A stretch of DNA of 64,000 nt from the human T2T-CHM13v2.0 reference genome, Homo sapiens: NCBI RefSeq assembly GCF_009914755.1, contig NC_060928.1. One strand, given 5' to 3'. Of this stretch, positions 15,501-30,123 are shown in pieces (the first letter of the stretch is position 1; each line of letters begins with the position of its first letter). The position numbers were made by a program, and so were the translations under genes. The notes under the pieces were generated by a model that worked only from the letters and a program-made list of their open reading frames with translations, made no database searches and had not been told where the DNA came from.

Positions 15501-16410
15501 TCCATATAAATGGTAACCAAAAAAGAGCAGGGTAGCTATACTTATATACTTATATCTGATAAAATAGACTTCAAGTCAAAAACTGTCAAAAGAGAAAAAG
15601 AAGGTTTTTATTAAATGATAAAGGGGTCAATTCATCAAGAGGACATAACCACAGTAAATATTTATGCACCTAACAATGGAGCCTCTAAATATATAAAGCA
15701 AGAATTAATGGATATGAGGGGAGAAATAGATAGCAATGCAATAACAATAATGAACTTCAATACCCACTTTTAATAATGAAAAGATCAGGCCAGGTGCAGT
15801 GGCTCACATCTGTAATTCCAACATTTCAGGAGGCCAAGGCAGGAGGATTGCTTGAGGCCAGGAGCTTAAGAGCATCTTGGGCAACATAGTGATACCTTGT
15901 CTCTACAAAAATATTTTCTAAGGTAGCCAGGCATGGTAGCATGTGCCTGTAGTTCCAGCTACTCAGGAGGCTGAGGCAGAAGGACTACTTGAGCCCAGGA
16001 TCTCAAGGCTGCAGTGAACTATGATGCCAACACTGCACTCCAGCCTGAGTGACAGAGAGACACTCTGTCTCTAAAATTTTTTTTAAGTGAATAAATCAAC
16101 CAGACAGAAAATGAATGGAGAAACACTGGACTCAAATTGCACTTTGACTATATGTCTATCAAACATAGGAAGAACAATATTGCATAATCTCACTTATATA
16201 TGAAATCTAAATTTTTTTAAAAAGTCAAACATAGAGAGATAGAGAAAAAAACAGTGGTTACTGGGGACTGGATAAAGGAAGAAATGGGGAGATGTAGGTC
16301 AGCAGATACAAAGTAGCAGATATTTAGGATAAAAAAGTCTAGAGATCTAATGTACACATGAGGACAATAGGTAATAAAATTGTGCCAGATATGGGATTTA
16401 TGCTATTGTA
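12515..16410 (+). mobile_element. Old L1M (L1MA-like): 5' UTR, ORF1, start of ORF2, then 3' UTR
   Basis: caagatggctgac start; ORF1 remnants 13900-14830; endonuclease remnants (aatgtaaatggattaaat, tgctgcctacaagagac, tatgcacctaac) 15340-15780; 3' UTR motifs after 16170. Confidence 0.8.
15788..16085 (+). mobile_element. AluJ inserted in the L1M
   Basis: ggccaggtgcagtggctcac...ctctgtctctaaaa; L1 ORF2 resumes after it. Confidence 0.9.
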
Positions 16411-19400
16411 GGTAAGTATTGATTTTTTTAAATAAAAGGGAAAATAAAGTTATTCCTATTACTGGTATCAGATTAGCATAAATCAGATAAAAGAGTGGGA
16501 GTTATTGATATATCACCACAATGAAAATAAGAAATTTTAAATTAGATCAATTCAAGAAAATAAAGCCCAATTTAAAGACAGATACAAGGAATTAATTTCC
16601 TTGCAACAAATTAACTTCCTTTATTTCCTTAAATATGACTTCAGTACTTAATAATAATATAGGCAGATCCTTCCAATGAGTTAATATTCTGTGTTGCCTT
16701 AGACAGAGTCAAATGTGGGGACCAGAACAAACTGTATAGACCAATGTCAATGATTTTCTACCATCCCACCTCATCCCTTTTACCCACTGGAAAAAAATAT
16801 GTAGGAAAAGAAGCAAAACAGTAAAACTTAGGATAACCAAACCAACTTCCTATTGTGTCTATCTCCCAGATCAAATGGAGAATTATTTGTACAGAGTCAC
16901 ACAGGCGGGAATTAAAGAAGATTATCTTATTTGACTGTGACTAGAGATTTTTTAGTTAGAGATATAGCTGCTGTCCACTGACCATCTATCTCCTTGGCTT
17001 TTACAACATCCAAATAAAGCTGCAGTGATTCATTTTGAGGGGACTTTGGAAGCAGGACTTCAAAGAGTAGGTGGCCACCTAGCAGAGAGTCCTAAAGGGG
17101 CATGACAGCAGCAGCAAGCTTTGGAATGGACCTTGTGGTCACAGCAAAACAGGGTCACATAGTTTGGAAGAAGCTTCCTAACACCTTGGTGCTGAGGGCA
17201 GAATTCCTCAGGGAGTCCCAGTAGGCCCTGGAAATGCCTGCCACACAAAGAGCTGGTGTTCAAGGTAATCTCCTGTCCTAGAAGACCTTCAGAGTATTTA
17301 TTACTGCCAGAGCAGACAGTCTAACTATGACGGCTTCTGGAAGAAGACACAGTACCAGGAAAGCACATATAAGTCCAGGTTCAGGATTTGGAAATCCAAG
17401 AGAAAGTCCTACTCTGGGCTGAAAAATCAGTTATGACCAGAGAAAGAGACTATGATGATGACAGTCATAAGGATGATGACAACAACACAGGGGCCAGAGG
17501 ACCATGCAGGGTCCTTCTAAAGAGTCTAGCATGGTGAAGACCTGGTTGGTGAAGGAATTAAAATTCACCAGAAGAGATAAGGAGAGACAATGACGAAAGA
17601 AAAGGAGGGAAAAGGCAGGAAAGAGAAGGCAAGAAGCTCAGAAAAGAGAGGTGTGAATTTTAAAAATATAGAGATTAAAAAAATGAAGATTTTAAAAATC
17701 AAGTGGACAATTATGGTATTCTCTTTTCCCAGCCTTATGAAGTAAAAAGAAATGTGAATGTGTGAGGCAACTTCAGAAAAAGAGAGAATACTAAATCTTT
17801 TTTCAGGTATCATGATAAAACTATGGTTTTCTAAACCAAGGTGAAACATATCACAACTCCTGAAGTAATAACACAACATTCAATAAGACCATTCAATACT
17901 CAACTAGAAACTGCAGGTCATTCAAATAAGCTCTTGAGAGAAATGATTAATTTATTACCAATTAACCACATTCAACAGACTTTCCAATTATAATTTTTTA
18001 AAGCTAGCCTTTTAATAGCAATAACATAATGTTATTTCAAAAATGTTTTGAAAATAATGTTTTGTGATTTACAAAACATGTTCACACACATTAATTTAAT
18101 CATTTAACAAGCTATTTTAAGCAACACATATTTATTGCCAGGAAATATTTTATATGACCTAGTCAATAGTGTGAATTCAGAGGAGAAAGTAGGTACATAC
18201 CAATAAGGTTTCTAATGCTGCAGTTGTTTTCCCTTATATCTAAACAAATAAATTTTTTAAAAACATATGTGCATGGTGTCTTACAGTTCCAGATGCCATT
18301 TTTAACATTTCTTAGAATGGGATATATTTGTGGCTGTTTTCCTGGGTGGGATTGGCTTCCTGGTAGTATTTGGGTTCATGGTACCAAAACAAATTCAGGA
18401 CAGAAGTTCTTTTATGTTTGAGGTGTACAAGAAGACCTCAGCTTTGCTTTCACTTTCTCATCCTACAAGGAATAGGAGTTACTGAGATGAACACGGAGAA
18501 TCCCCTATAGGGCAGTGGCAGTCTTCTCTTTTAAATCTACAACTGCCAGTGATGCAGGACACACAGGCTTGGCCTGTGCACCTGGCCCACCCATATCACC
18601 CAGTATTTGGTTATTCCATTTAGATTCATGTCTATAGGGCACAGCAAAGCAATAATTCTGCCACCAACTCACCATAAGGAAGCAACCTTTCAGTCAAATT
18701 GTCAGCCAAACTGCAATTGCTTCCTCAGCCAGCCTGCTCTCCTGCTCCCAGTGCAGGTAATCCTGTTCCATTGACCAGGTCCCCAGAATAAAATCTATAA
18801 GCAGCACCTTCTCTACTAGACCCATTCTCTTGTATCTTTCAGCCAGTTTGAGTACCTTAACCACACAGGAGAGGCTTTTCAAAAAAATGCCCTAACCACT
18901 GGAAAAGAATTTGAAAACCTATTACTTCCAAGAGCCAACTTTCCAACCAGGACCCGTGAGCCTGACTCAAGCTCTAGAGACTTCTCTGCCCTCTCCTTAC
19001 CTGACTTGCACATTTACACTCACCTGTTGTTTATGTTTCTGCCAATTTCCCCCCAGTTCATTACCAACCTCTGTGAAAACATACAAGGTTTGAGCTTCCT
19101 TGCACCCTAGAGCTCCCCACTCCTCAGAATTTTAATTCAGTACTCTATAAAGTACAAGTGCTCAATAATTTGTTTTTAGCTAATAGTACACTGACAGTCA
19201 TCCCTCAGAAAAATGTCAAGCCATCCAACTTTAATGAGGAGCCAATACAAGATCTAGATCTTACATGGCTGATTTATGGAGTTTTGTTGTTTTTGCCTGA
19301 GATAATGCATAATGGGATGAAAGTGTCTTGAAGAAGGATTCCATGACTTCCCACCTGTGGGACTTTGGACAAGTCATCTCACCTCTCAATCCCTATTCTC

Positions 19401-19481
19401 CCAACTACAAAACCAGAATAATATAAAAGCAGTCCTATGTACTTCATACAATTATATGGAAGTTAAAGATAGAAAAATATA

Positions 19482-19923
19482 GGCCAGATATGGTAGCTCA
19501 CATCTGTAATCTCATCTCTTTGGGAGGCCAAGGTAGGAGGATTGCTTGAGCCCAGGATTGTTTGAGCCCAGGAGTTGGAGACCAGCCCTAAGCAACACCC
19601 TTTCTCTACAAAATTAAAAAAAAAAAATTAGACAGGCATAGTGGTGCACACCTTGAGTCCCAGCTGCTGGGAGGTAGGAGGATTGCTTGAGCCCAGGAAT
19701 TCAAGGCCAGCCTGGGAAATATAGTGGAACTCTGTCTCTACGAAAAAAAATTTTTTTAATTAGTCAAGCATGGTAGCACATGCCTGTAATCCCAGCTACT
19801 TGTGACACTGAGGCAGGAGGATTGCTTGAATCTGGGAGGTCAAGGCTGCAGTGAGCCACGATCATACCACTGTACTTCTGCCGTGGTGACAGACTGAGAC
19901 CCTGCCTCAAAAGAAAAAAAAAG
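19482..19923 (+). mobile_element. AluJ-type composite with three monomers
   Basis: Three A-tract-separated monomers; flanking aaaatata duplication. Confidence 0.85.
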
Positions 19924-21029
19924 AAAATATAGGTAAAAGCATTTCATAAGATATGCACAATAATATTAAATGTATTTACTATAATAGGAGATGACCTGAA
20001 AAAGTATATTAAATATATTTTAATTCTGTATATACTGAAACTTGCATGGAGAAATCACCACTTATTTTAAATAAGGGAAAGAAATTATACTTCATCATTT
20101 GTTCAGAAAAAAATATTTATTGAGCATCTCCTAATGTCTTCTAATGTGCAAATCATTTTTCCCACATGAGATATTTACTTGACTAGATGATTTCAGATCA
20201 TCCAAAATTAAGGAGGGGAAAAAAATGACTAAAAGTCCCATTCAGCTACTAAGATTTCTGTTTTTGTTTTCATCAATAGATTTTAAAAATGCACTATTAG
20301 CCCTTTAGTAGTATTTTATTTTCTTCCAGACCAGATCAACCCTATAGAAGTCTTTTATTTCCTTCTAAGCATTCGAAGTCTTATTTCCTTCCAGGCATTA
20401 TGCCAGCTATTGTGGGGGTTGCTACCACAAGACTGTGGCTGTTAAAGCTTAGACAAAGCAGAATAGGCGTGAATAATTGAGAGAAGCAAAAATGCCACAA
20501 TATATAGCCTATTGTGTATCTTAATTTTTTTATAAAAGTTTAACACAGAACCAAGTTTACCTTAATATGAATTACTGCCTTAATAATACATATTTAAATC
20601 AATACACTTATAAGGCTAGACAAATTTCTTCAGAAATATTAATTTATTCAAATACATTTCCTGTGTCCCTCATCTATGCCAAACACTGCACTAGATACAG
20701 AGGATACAACTGTGAATAAGAAGCACACATTCCCTGCCATCTAATGAGAGCTTCAATGAGATACACAGCCATTTTCAATAGCCTGTGCTAAATGTGCCTT
20801 GGTGGGGTAGTACCACAGGGCTGTAGTACAGAAATGGCGAAAGCTTCCTGAAAGGAGGCTTCCAGTCAAACAGAAATATCAACACATCCATAACTTCTTA
20901 GGACTCATTACTCTGAACACAGCCTTTATTTTTTCCACCTAGGTAGTTCAGGCACTAAGCCATCTGTGGATTGAGGCAGTCTGTTCTACCTCCAGTGTTA
21001 ACAGAGAAGGGCAGAGAAGGGAGGGTGAG

Positions 21030-21235
21030 GAGCACAGGTATTGAAGCCAGAGTGCCTGAGTTGACATCTTCACTCTACCTTGTTTGCGCTCTGTAAGCCT
21101 AGACAAATTTCTTAGTCTCTTTTTGTGTCAGTTTTCTCATCTGCAAAATGGGGATAGTAATAATACCTATCTCAAAAGATTAAAGGAATTAATATATGTA
21201 AAGCACTGAGAACAAGAACTGACACATAACACGTA
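21030..21235 (+). mobile_element. MIR
   Basis: Core tcagttttctcatctgcaaaatggggatagtaataatacct. Confidence 0.8.
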
Positions 21236-23394
21236 CTGGCTGATCTTACGATTTTGATGGCAAGAGCTTATTGTGATTGAGGTCATCCCTTATTGTGCAA
21301 GGGGTAGCAGCTCACTAAATCCACGTAGGGCAAAGGAACTGCCCACGGGTTAAAAGTGCCTTCTAGAATTGTGCATCAGAACAGTCCTGAGTTATTCCAT
21401 CCTTCTGCTGTACTCTTTTTTTCCTTCCAGAACAGAAATCAGAAAGTGCTTGCATTTCTTTACATCTCTAAGAGGCTTTGTAAAACCTGAGACAGGGCTT
21501 TTCCCACTCAACTGGTAAAAGACTCCTCTATTTAGCAAACAAGCTTCTAACTCAATTAACTGCTTTCCTCCTTCTCTATTGGTCCCTTTATTATCAGTTA
21601 AGCCCAAAGTTTATCAACCACAGGCAAACTGTTTCTTAAAGTAGGCTCTTTTTTTTTTTACCCTTTGATATGTTTTCAATCACAATTTGAAAATAAATTT
21701 TTTTCAAGGGAGCTACATAATTCCTCCAACAAAAATTCTATTTTTTTTTTGTCATCTACAAAAAGATGATGACATCAAACCAAGAGAATTCATGTCTCTC
21801 TTTATAGACTAACTGGGTATGGTACATTATTTTTAAATTATACTGCCAGTTCTCATTTTTCATACCAAAATGTGACTATATAGCCTATCCTTAAGAGCAA
21901 GTATGCAAACACTACAGAAGAGTTGGCAATTAAATAATAATTAGGGAACTAGAAATATCAAACTTCAGAGGAACAAAAAGAATACACACATGCCAACGAC
22001 TTCATTGCGCAAATGCAATGAGTATTCATGAGGGCTTATTTTGACAAAGACTCACTGTAAACTCACATAAAGAGTTAGGCATATCAGTCTAATGGGTTAT
22101 TAGAGGGCCACAAAAGTCCAAAGCATTTTTTGTAGAATACTCTATCATGCATTTAAACAAAGATTAGTGTAAATAAATATATAAAATATTTTACCTCATA
22201 TTGTTAGTTTCCCAGGCTGTTTGTCAGAGTTAAATTGCCATGGTTTGCCTATTTGAGAAGGTGTACCATTTTCAAACCAGTGTGAACTTAAGGCAACTAT
22301 AGTGAGATTGAACTTCATAATAACATTGTCTCAGGGTCCACATTTGAAGAATCGGTAAATGAGAAACACTATTAAGCATACACTCTGAATAATTCCCACA
22401 ATAGGCTCTCTTAACTGGAACTAAAATGGACTTGCATGAAGGAAAAAAAACATATGCCCAATCTAGGATATCATTTAATTCTATCCCCTCTTTATTCTAG
22501 TACAGTAAATACATGAAAGAATCCTGGAATGAGAGATGGAGAACATAGAGCTGTGGAAATTACTTCAACCACGATATGACCAGGAGGAAACTGGATCATT
22601 CTCCAGCTTCCCAAACCCTTTTCCTGCCATTTCTATTAAGGCTACTCCTACACTGCATTAAAAAGATACAAAAGAAAAGTAGTTCCCACAAAGAAAACTC
22701 AAAGATTGGTTGGGGAGCCAAATATATGCAAAAATATCTGATTAAGGGTGAGTGTCACAACAGAAGTACAAACACAGTATTGTGAATGGAAGAAAAGACT
22801 AATTCTGACTGGGCATCTACAGCAGCTTTTTGAGAGGAAAACTGTATTTGAGCTGGGCCTTGACTGATGGGCAAGGCTTCAACTACTAGATACGGGGGAT
22901 GAGGAGGTCCTTACTGTAGGTGCTGACAGATCAGGTGAGCTGACCACAAGCAGCAGAAGAATTCATCAGAAGACAAAGTCCTCAAAATAGCCTGAAGACC
23001 AATAACAAAACAACTGTCTGCAAGTAATAGGTGGCCAGAAATCCTCCAGAGCATACAGACCAAGGCCAAAAAGTTTGTCCAGAGAATCAAAGGAGCTGAC
23101 TCAAGAGGAAATATGAATGGCAAATATCCATTAAAGTTTAGGATAGTGTTTTTCAAGCTGTGGTCACAAAATCAATTTAGTGAATAATGATTGGCATTAT
23201 TTTTCCAAGATTGGAGAGAAGGAAAAGGAAGAGAAGAAAAGAAAAGGAAAAAGATGGAGGGAGGAGGGGAAAAAAGGCGAGGGAAAGAAAGAAGAAAGAG
23301 TGAATTACACACAAAGTAATTATATTTTGGAAAACTTTTCAGTTTCTGCCTGTGTGAAGAAAGAAAGGAAGGAGGGAGAGAGGGAGGGAGGAAG

Positions 23395-23450
23395 GGAAGG
23401 AAGGAAGGAAGGAAGGAAGGAAGGAAGGAAGGAAGGAAGGAAGGAAGGAA
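23395..23450 (+). repeat. (GGAA)14 microsatellite in a purine-rich tract
   Basis: 56 bp of uninterrupted GGAA. Confidence 0.95.
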
Positions 23451-23639
23451 ATAAATTCCTCATTCAGAGGGCCCTGCAAGGCCAGTATCTTGGCACTAGA
23501 TTAAAATGCAGCTCAGCCCACTCAATATATTCAGACCATTTGTTTGGATCCAGGTGTTCTTGGCCATGAATAATCTGCTTGAAAATCTCATTGCACTAAA
23601 CAGGATGTTCTCATTAAATACTTAGAAAGACACAGCCAG

Positions 23640-24373
<734 letters not shown>

Positions 24374-25130
24374 AGCCATGTTCTTAATAAATAGTCTGAT
24401 AGATGCCAAACATCTTAATATAAAAAGAGAATACGTTGGGAAAGCATAAAAATCTACATTTAATGCAATAAAAATAGATCATATTTCACCAAGAAGCAAA
24501 CAGTTTAAAGTGACAGAATATCTCCTCTCATTTACATGGGTCTTATATGTTTTTTTTTCCCAAAATATTTTCATCTAAAACAACCCTGCCTACATACAAT
24601 TGATTAAAAAGCTGATGAAAAGACTACCCAAGATCACAGAGCTAGTTAGGGATGGGGCCAAAAGAAGCAGCTAAGTCTTCTGAGGTTTAATTTGTTGACA
24701 TTTTCATAACTCCATGATTTAGTAAATTATTAAGAATAAGTCTTCTATTTTTAAGAAAAACAACTTCATAAATATACACAAATACATGTGTAATTAGCAT
24801 GTAGTTGGTGCACAGACAAGCTACAGAACTTGAAAAAGGCACATGCCCAGAATTTGGAAATAAAGTTAAAAATAATCAAATTCTGTATAACAAGATGCAA
24901 AAATATAAACATTAATTAGATTAGATTAGCTAAAAGAAAAGTTAGAAGTGTGTTGTTGTTTAGACTAGTGCCTCTCTAAATAGGAAGCCTGATATTTAAA
25001 ATATAACTAATCAAAATAAACCAAATTATCAAAAAATGTTTTGCTAGTCATCATACATGCAGATATTCTGATACTGAACAAGGAGTTTTAGGTTGATAAC
25101 CCATTTTCAATGTTTATGTAGAACTGTTTA

Positions 25131-25204
25131 AGTGAGCTGAGACTGCGCCATTGCACTCCAGCCTGGGCAACAGTGCGAGACTCTGTCTCGAAAAAAAAAA
25201 AAAA
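25131..25204 (+). mobile_element. 5'-truncated Alu 3' end
   Basis: agtgagctgagactgcgccattgcactccagcctggg...poly-A. Confidence 0.88.
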
Positions 25205-27468
25205 GAGAGAGAGGGAGAGAGAGATATACCTGATTGTTTTTGTGGCTTGTGTTTTTTTGTTGTTGTTCATTGGAATGGAGCTGGGATGCTTTTCCAGGCT
25301 TTACTGTTTCAGAGAAACATCCTATAAATCTATTCAATCTTCAATCCCCTTTACCTCGTTCTAAACTCTGAAAGCAATCTTTCAATTACTAGTTTGGCTC
25401 CCCATGCCCTTTAATTCCCAAACGGGCTATCTTGGGTATCTGACATGAATATTCCAGGTTATGACAAGAAATACTTATACAAAAAACCTGAAGACCTATA
25501 ATGCAAACTAATAAACTAAAATTATCCAGTTTATTAAATTTATTTAAATACAAATCATCTTAAGCTGCAATTTACTGCTTGTTTTATATCACTTACTAAA
25601 CTGAAAATTCTATAAATGTAATATGTATATACAGCAAGCTATTGCAAGCACTCGACATACGTTTTTGAATAAATGAACGAAGTGAATGAATGAGCGAATT
25701 TAGAAGATCAAGTTCTTGAGACAGCAATAATATTGACTCAGAAAACCCAGTTATTTCATCAGTGATAAACCTCTGCAATGATAATAATGCTGATGCTTAC
25801 TTGATGTGTTCCCTCATAGTTTACAAGTACTTCCACATATCAATGCATGAGATCCTTGTAAGCAATCCTATGAAATGAGAATGCAAATATTATTGCTCCT
25901 TGTATGGGGAAACCAAAAGCCAGCAAGGTCCAGGGCTTACTGAGACCACTACGTTAGTAACGGTAAAAGCAGGAATTAAGCACATGCTTTGATTCCAAGG
26001 CAGGGTATTCTGTGCTCAAGGTCAGGCGGCCTATCAGCAAAGGTGGTGATATAGTGCCACAGCATGTTAAGCTGGAGTTACGTAAATACTTCTCGCCCAA
26101 GATCAGGACTGGCCCTAACGTCTGAGGCACAGTCAAACCCAAAGATGGGGGTCATATGGCTTTAGCTATAAAGAGAAGGATTCAGAAACAGGAATCTAGC
26201 AGGGCTAACACTTTGTTTTAGATCAGATCTCTGGAAGACACCATAGGGATGGAAAAGGAACCAGACAAGAAGAAAAGAATTGATGAGAGGCGTGGAAAGA
26301 AAATCAGGAGAGATGAGTGTCAGGGAAGCAGAAGGAATTTGGAGATGAGTGGCCATCTCCACTCATCTTTTCTGTGTCATGAATCAGTCATGAATCTCCA
26401 TCTTTTCTGTGTCTCTCTAAGACCAGATCTTTGGAGATGAGTGGTATCAGTCATGGAGGATATGAACTGAGGACTGGCCTCTGGGATTGGTGACTAAAAA
26501 TCACTGCTAACCTATTAAAAGGGCCCTTTTAGTTAGAGAGGTAAAAATGAAGACAATTTGCTGGGCAACAGGGTTAAATGAGAAAATTCTAAGTTACACA
26601 AAAATCTAGGGAAATCTAGGTACGTTTCACAAGTTTTATAGCAGCTTAAAACAAATACAGTCAACTCTTTCTACCTCCTAAGAACTCTCGCCCAATCCGG
26701 AAAATAAGACTGAAGCTAAAAGGTAGATACAGTAGAAGAGTAGGGGCATAGAATTTCTTGCTGTTGCTGCTGTTACTTCTGTTCTTTCATCTGTTAAAGA
26801 GGGAAATGTAGCTGTTACTACTTCTCAGAAAGCACACCAGTCTGGAGGCTAAAAAATATACATCTGCCAGCTTGCAAGAAGGCTCAATGCTGACAATGTT
26901 TTTCAGACATAAGATTCCTCCAGGATGCCACTAACCTTCCACTACAAGCCAAAGCAGTAACCCCATTTAACAGAAGAGAAAGGCAAAGAACAGAAAGGCC
27001 AAGTAATTGCTAAAGCGGAGAAAGTGACTGACAGATAAGATTTCCTTTTCACTCCTAGTCCTCTCTGCTGATTAGATCTACTCTAACTGCCTTTATAAAT
27101 GTTTCAATGAATCTTATCTTAATGCATTGGATTAGCAAGACCAACTCCCCAATGATAATGCAAAATAACCCTGAAATGTTTCATGCCTCACTCATGAGTC
27201 AGAAATTGAACTTACAGTCTCCATTTGGACTGTGATGATCTTGATCTTTCACCTCTAGCAAAAATCTCATAGCTATACTTTGAAAGTTAGTAATGAGTGC
27301 TTCATTTGCTTTCCAAGCAGATAGAAAACCTTTTTTAAATACACTCAGACTTCTATGACCTTCATCTATGACTTAAAGACTTCACCACATGTGATAATTT
27401 TCTTTGCTCAGGAGACATTCTTAAATTGTCTTTGAAGAGATTTGAGCACCAGCCCCGTTGATGAAAGT

Positions 27469-27470
<2 letters not shown>

Positions 27471-27514
<44 letters not shown>
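27471..27514 (+). repeat. (AC)22 microsatellite
   Basis: Direct reading. Confidence 0.95.
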
Positions 27515-27518
<4 letters not shown>

Positions 27519-27983
27519 GCACATACACATACTTGTTATCTTTCTTCTATACCCCAAATCAAAATGTTTCTTTAAAATGTATTTGGAATTCAGCATGACT
27601 ATCAAAGTTCTAAAATCCTTCAACCTGCTAAGTAAAATAAAATAAAAATGCCAGCTAAATATGCTTGCATTAAAAGAAGTACACTGTCTTAATACTAGAC
27701 CAGGCAAGACCACAGCCTAATGCTGCAAGTAGCAAACACAGTCTAGATCTCTAACCTGAAGTTCTGGCTGTCCCACACAGCTGGGTGGAGCTGACCTCAC
27801 TTGTGGTACATTTTGTTTTTTTCTACACTAAAATGGAAAACAATAATTTAATGATATGGGTCATCTAGGCAAAATTATTCCACTACGTTTCGCCTATTTT
27901 TGTGAGGTTTATAACATGAAGTAGAGATTCTGAATACTGTAATATCACATTAAATGTAAGCTCCTCAAAGTCAGGCACTAGAT

Positions 27984-28582
27984 TGTCAGGTCTCAGAACA
28001 CAATACCCTAAAGCATGGTGTCTTGGCATACTGAGTACTTTTGAGCTGACACAGACAAGGGGGCCTCAAAAGCAAGATGGTCTCCCTAACCTTCTCCTAC
28101 CCTCCTGTCTCCTGTCCCTCTTTCTCTTGCCTGTGAGTGGATCATAGAAACTAGAATTCCCCTCCCCCTAGGTGGATCATAGAAAGCAGAAAGGTCACTC
28201 TGACTTCCTCCCTTCTCCCCTGAAGACCCTCATGTGACAGGTGTCCTTTCTCACACTCAGGGGGAAAGCAGGTCTTACAGAGACACAGAAAAGAATCTGA
28301 AAAACCTGGCCTTGTTAAGTGCCCCAGTTTATTACCATTAGAGCATACCCCTTTTTTTCCAACCATTTTTCTCCACAACTATCCATTTATTTCATCAGAC
28401 AGCATAAAAATATAGTTTTCCCTGTCTCTTTGGGTCTACATTTCTGAAATCACCCATGTCACCAAAAACTTCGGGTAAATAAATTTGTTATGCTTTTCTC
28501 TTGTTAATGTGTCATTTGTTATAGGGATGTCAGCTATGACCCTTGCCATGGGTGAGGAAAAGGTTACTTTTTCTCCCCTGTA
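27984..28582 (+). mobile_element. Solo ERV1 LTR (MER34/MER39-group-like)
   Basis: TGT start, acaataccctaaa...ggcatactgagta, AATAAA near 28478, cccctgta end; imperfect agat/agac flanks. Confidence 0.65.
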
Positions 28583-29769
28583 AGACGTTATTATCCTTAT
28601 TATTCTCTATGGTAGAAAACAGTATCTTAAAGTTGATGCTTAACAATTGGTTGAATACTGTATTCTATTTCTAAAGCTGAATGGTGGACATAGAAGTGCA
28701 TATTGTGCTTTAAACTGTGTATATGTGTTTTACACCCTTTTTATAGCTACGATAGGTTTCATAATTTTTAAAAGAAGGAGATTCTTGAGGCCCATCCACT
28801 AAACATTCTAATTCAATATGTCTAGGGTGGATATGATATAAAGAATTTAAGTTTACTTTTCTAATCTTTCAGGTAATGCCAGTGCAAGTGATCCATGAAA
28901 TCCATTTTAAGAAACAAACAATCAAAAAACCACAAATAAACATAAATAACATGCCTATAGTCAGTACACTGCTACTAGTGGTAAAAGTGCCTATTTTCAT
29001 GGTTCGAATTACCAGGCTTGGTTTTAAACACAGATAACCTAGAGTTTAAATATTACTCCCAGATCTGACTAAAGACTCCTTTCTAACTTGCCCTGACTTT
29101 TATCTATTACAACTCTTAATGCTTTTTTCTTTTTCCCTTCAGATATTTGAAGGCAGACACTCCTTAATTATATTTCTCTTCCACTTGTTTAATACCTAGG
29201 CTCTCAAAATTTTGCAAAGTTGTATAGCTTTGCAACTTTACTTGGACGTTAAGGCTTCATATTCACTTCACATTTTTCGGCAATGGCTTTTCGCTGAATT
29301 CTTCCTTTTCTCAGCATGCAAAAGAAGCAATATTGAGATAAAAGAAGACAATGCCTCTTTCCCAAACCCTACCTTTCTTGCTTTTTCACTAAATACCAGT
29401 ACAAACCATAGAGAAATGAAATAGTTCTACAACAATACTATGAAAACCACATAACTCCCTCTCCAAACATAGGGGAATAATTTTCTAGTTTCTTTAAATT
29501 TTTTTTTCTTTTATAAAGGAATCCCTGTGATAGTTATTGTAAGGCAGAAGTAACTTGAATTCAAATACAAGGATTCTCTTAGCAAGTCTCATCAGGTTTA
29601 AAACCTTTGTAAGGCTTTTGGAGGGAAAAAAAAAATCAAAAAAATTTTTTATCACTGAATCTTGTATTTAGAACAGAAATTTAAACTAAACAAATATATA
29701 TAGTTTTAAACAAAGAATAAGTGTTTATCTTTTGCCTCCCATGTCAGAATAAAATATAAAACATTCTGA

Positions 29770-30123
<354 letters not shown>

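Noticed and set aside
17068-17081. 14-bp palindrome taggtggccaccta, weak CTCF resemblance
   Set aside because: Several expected by chance; poor CTCF consensus match
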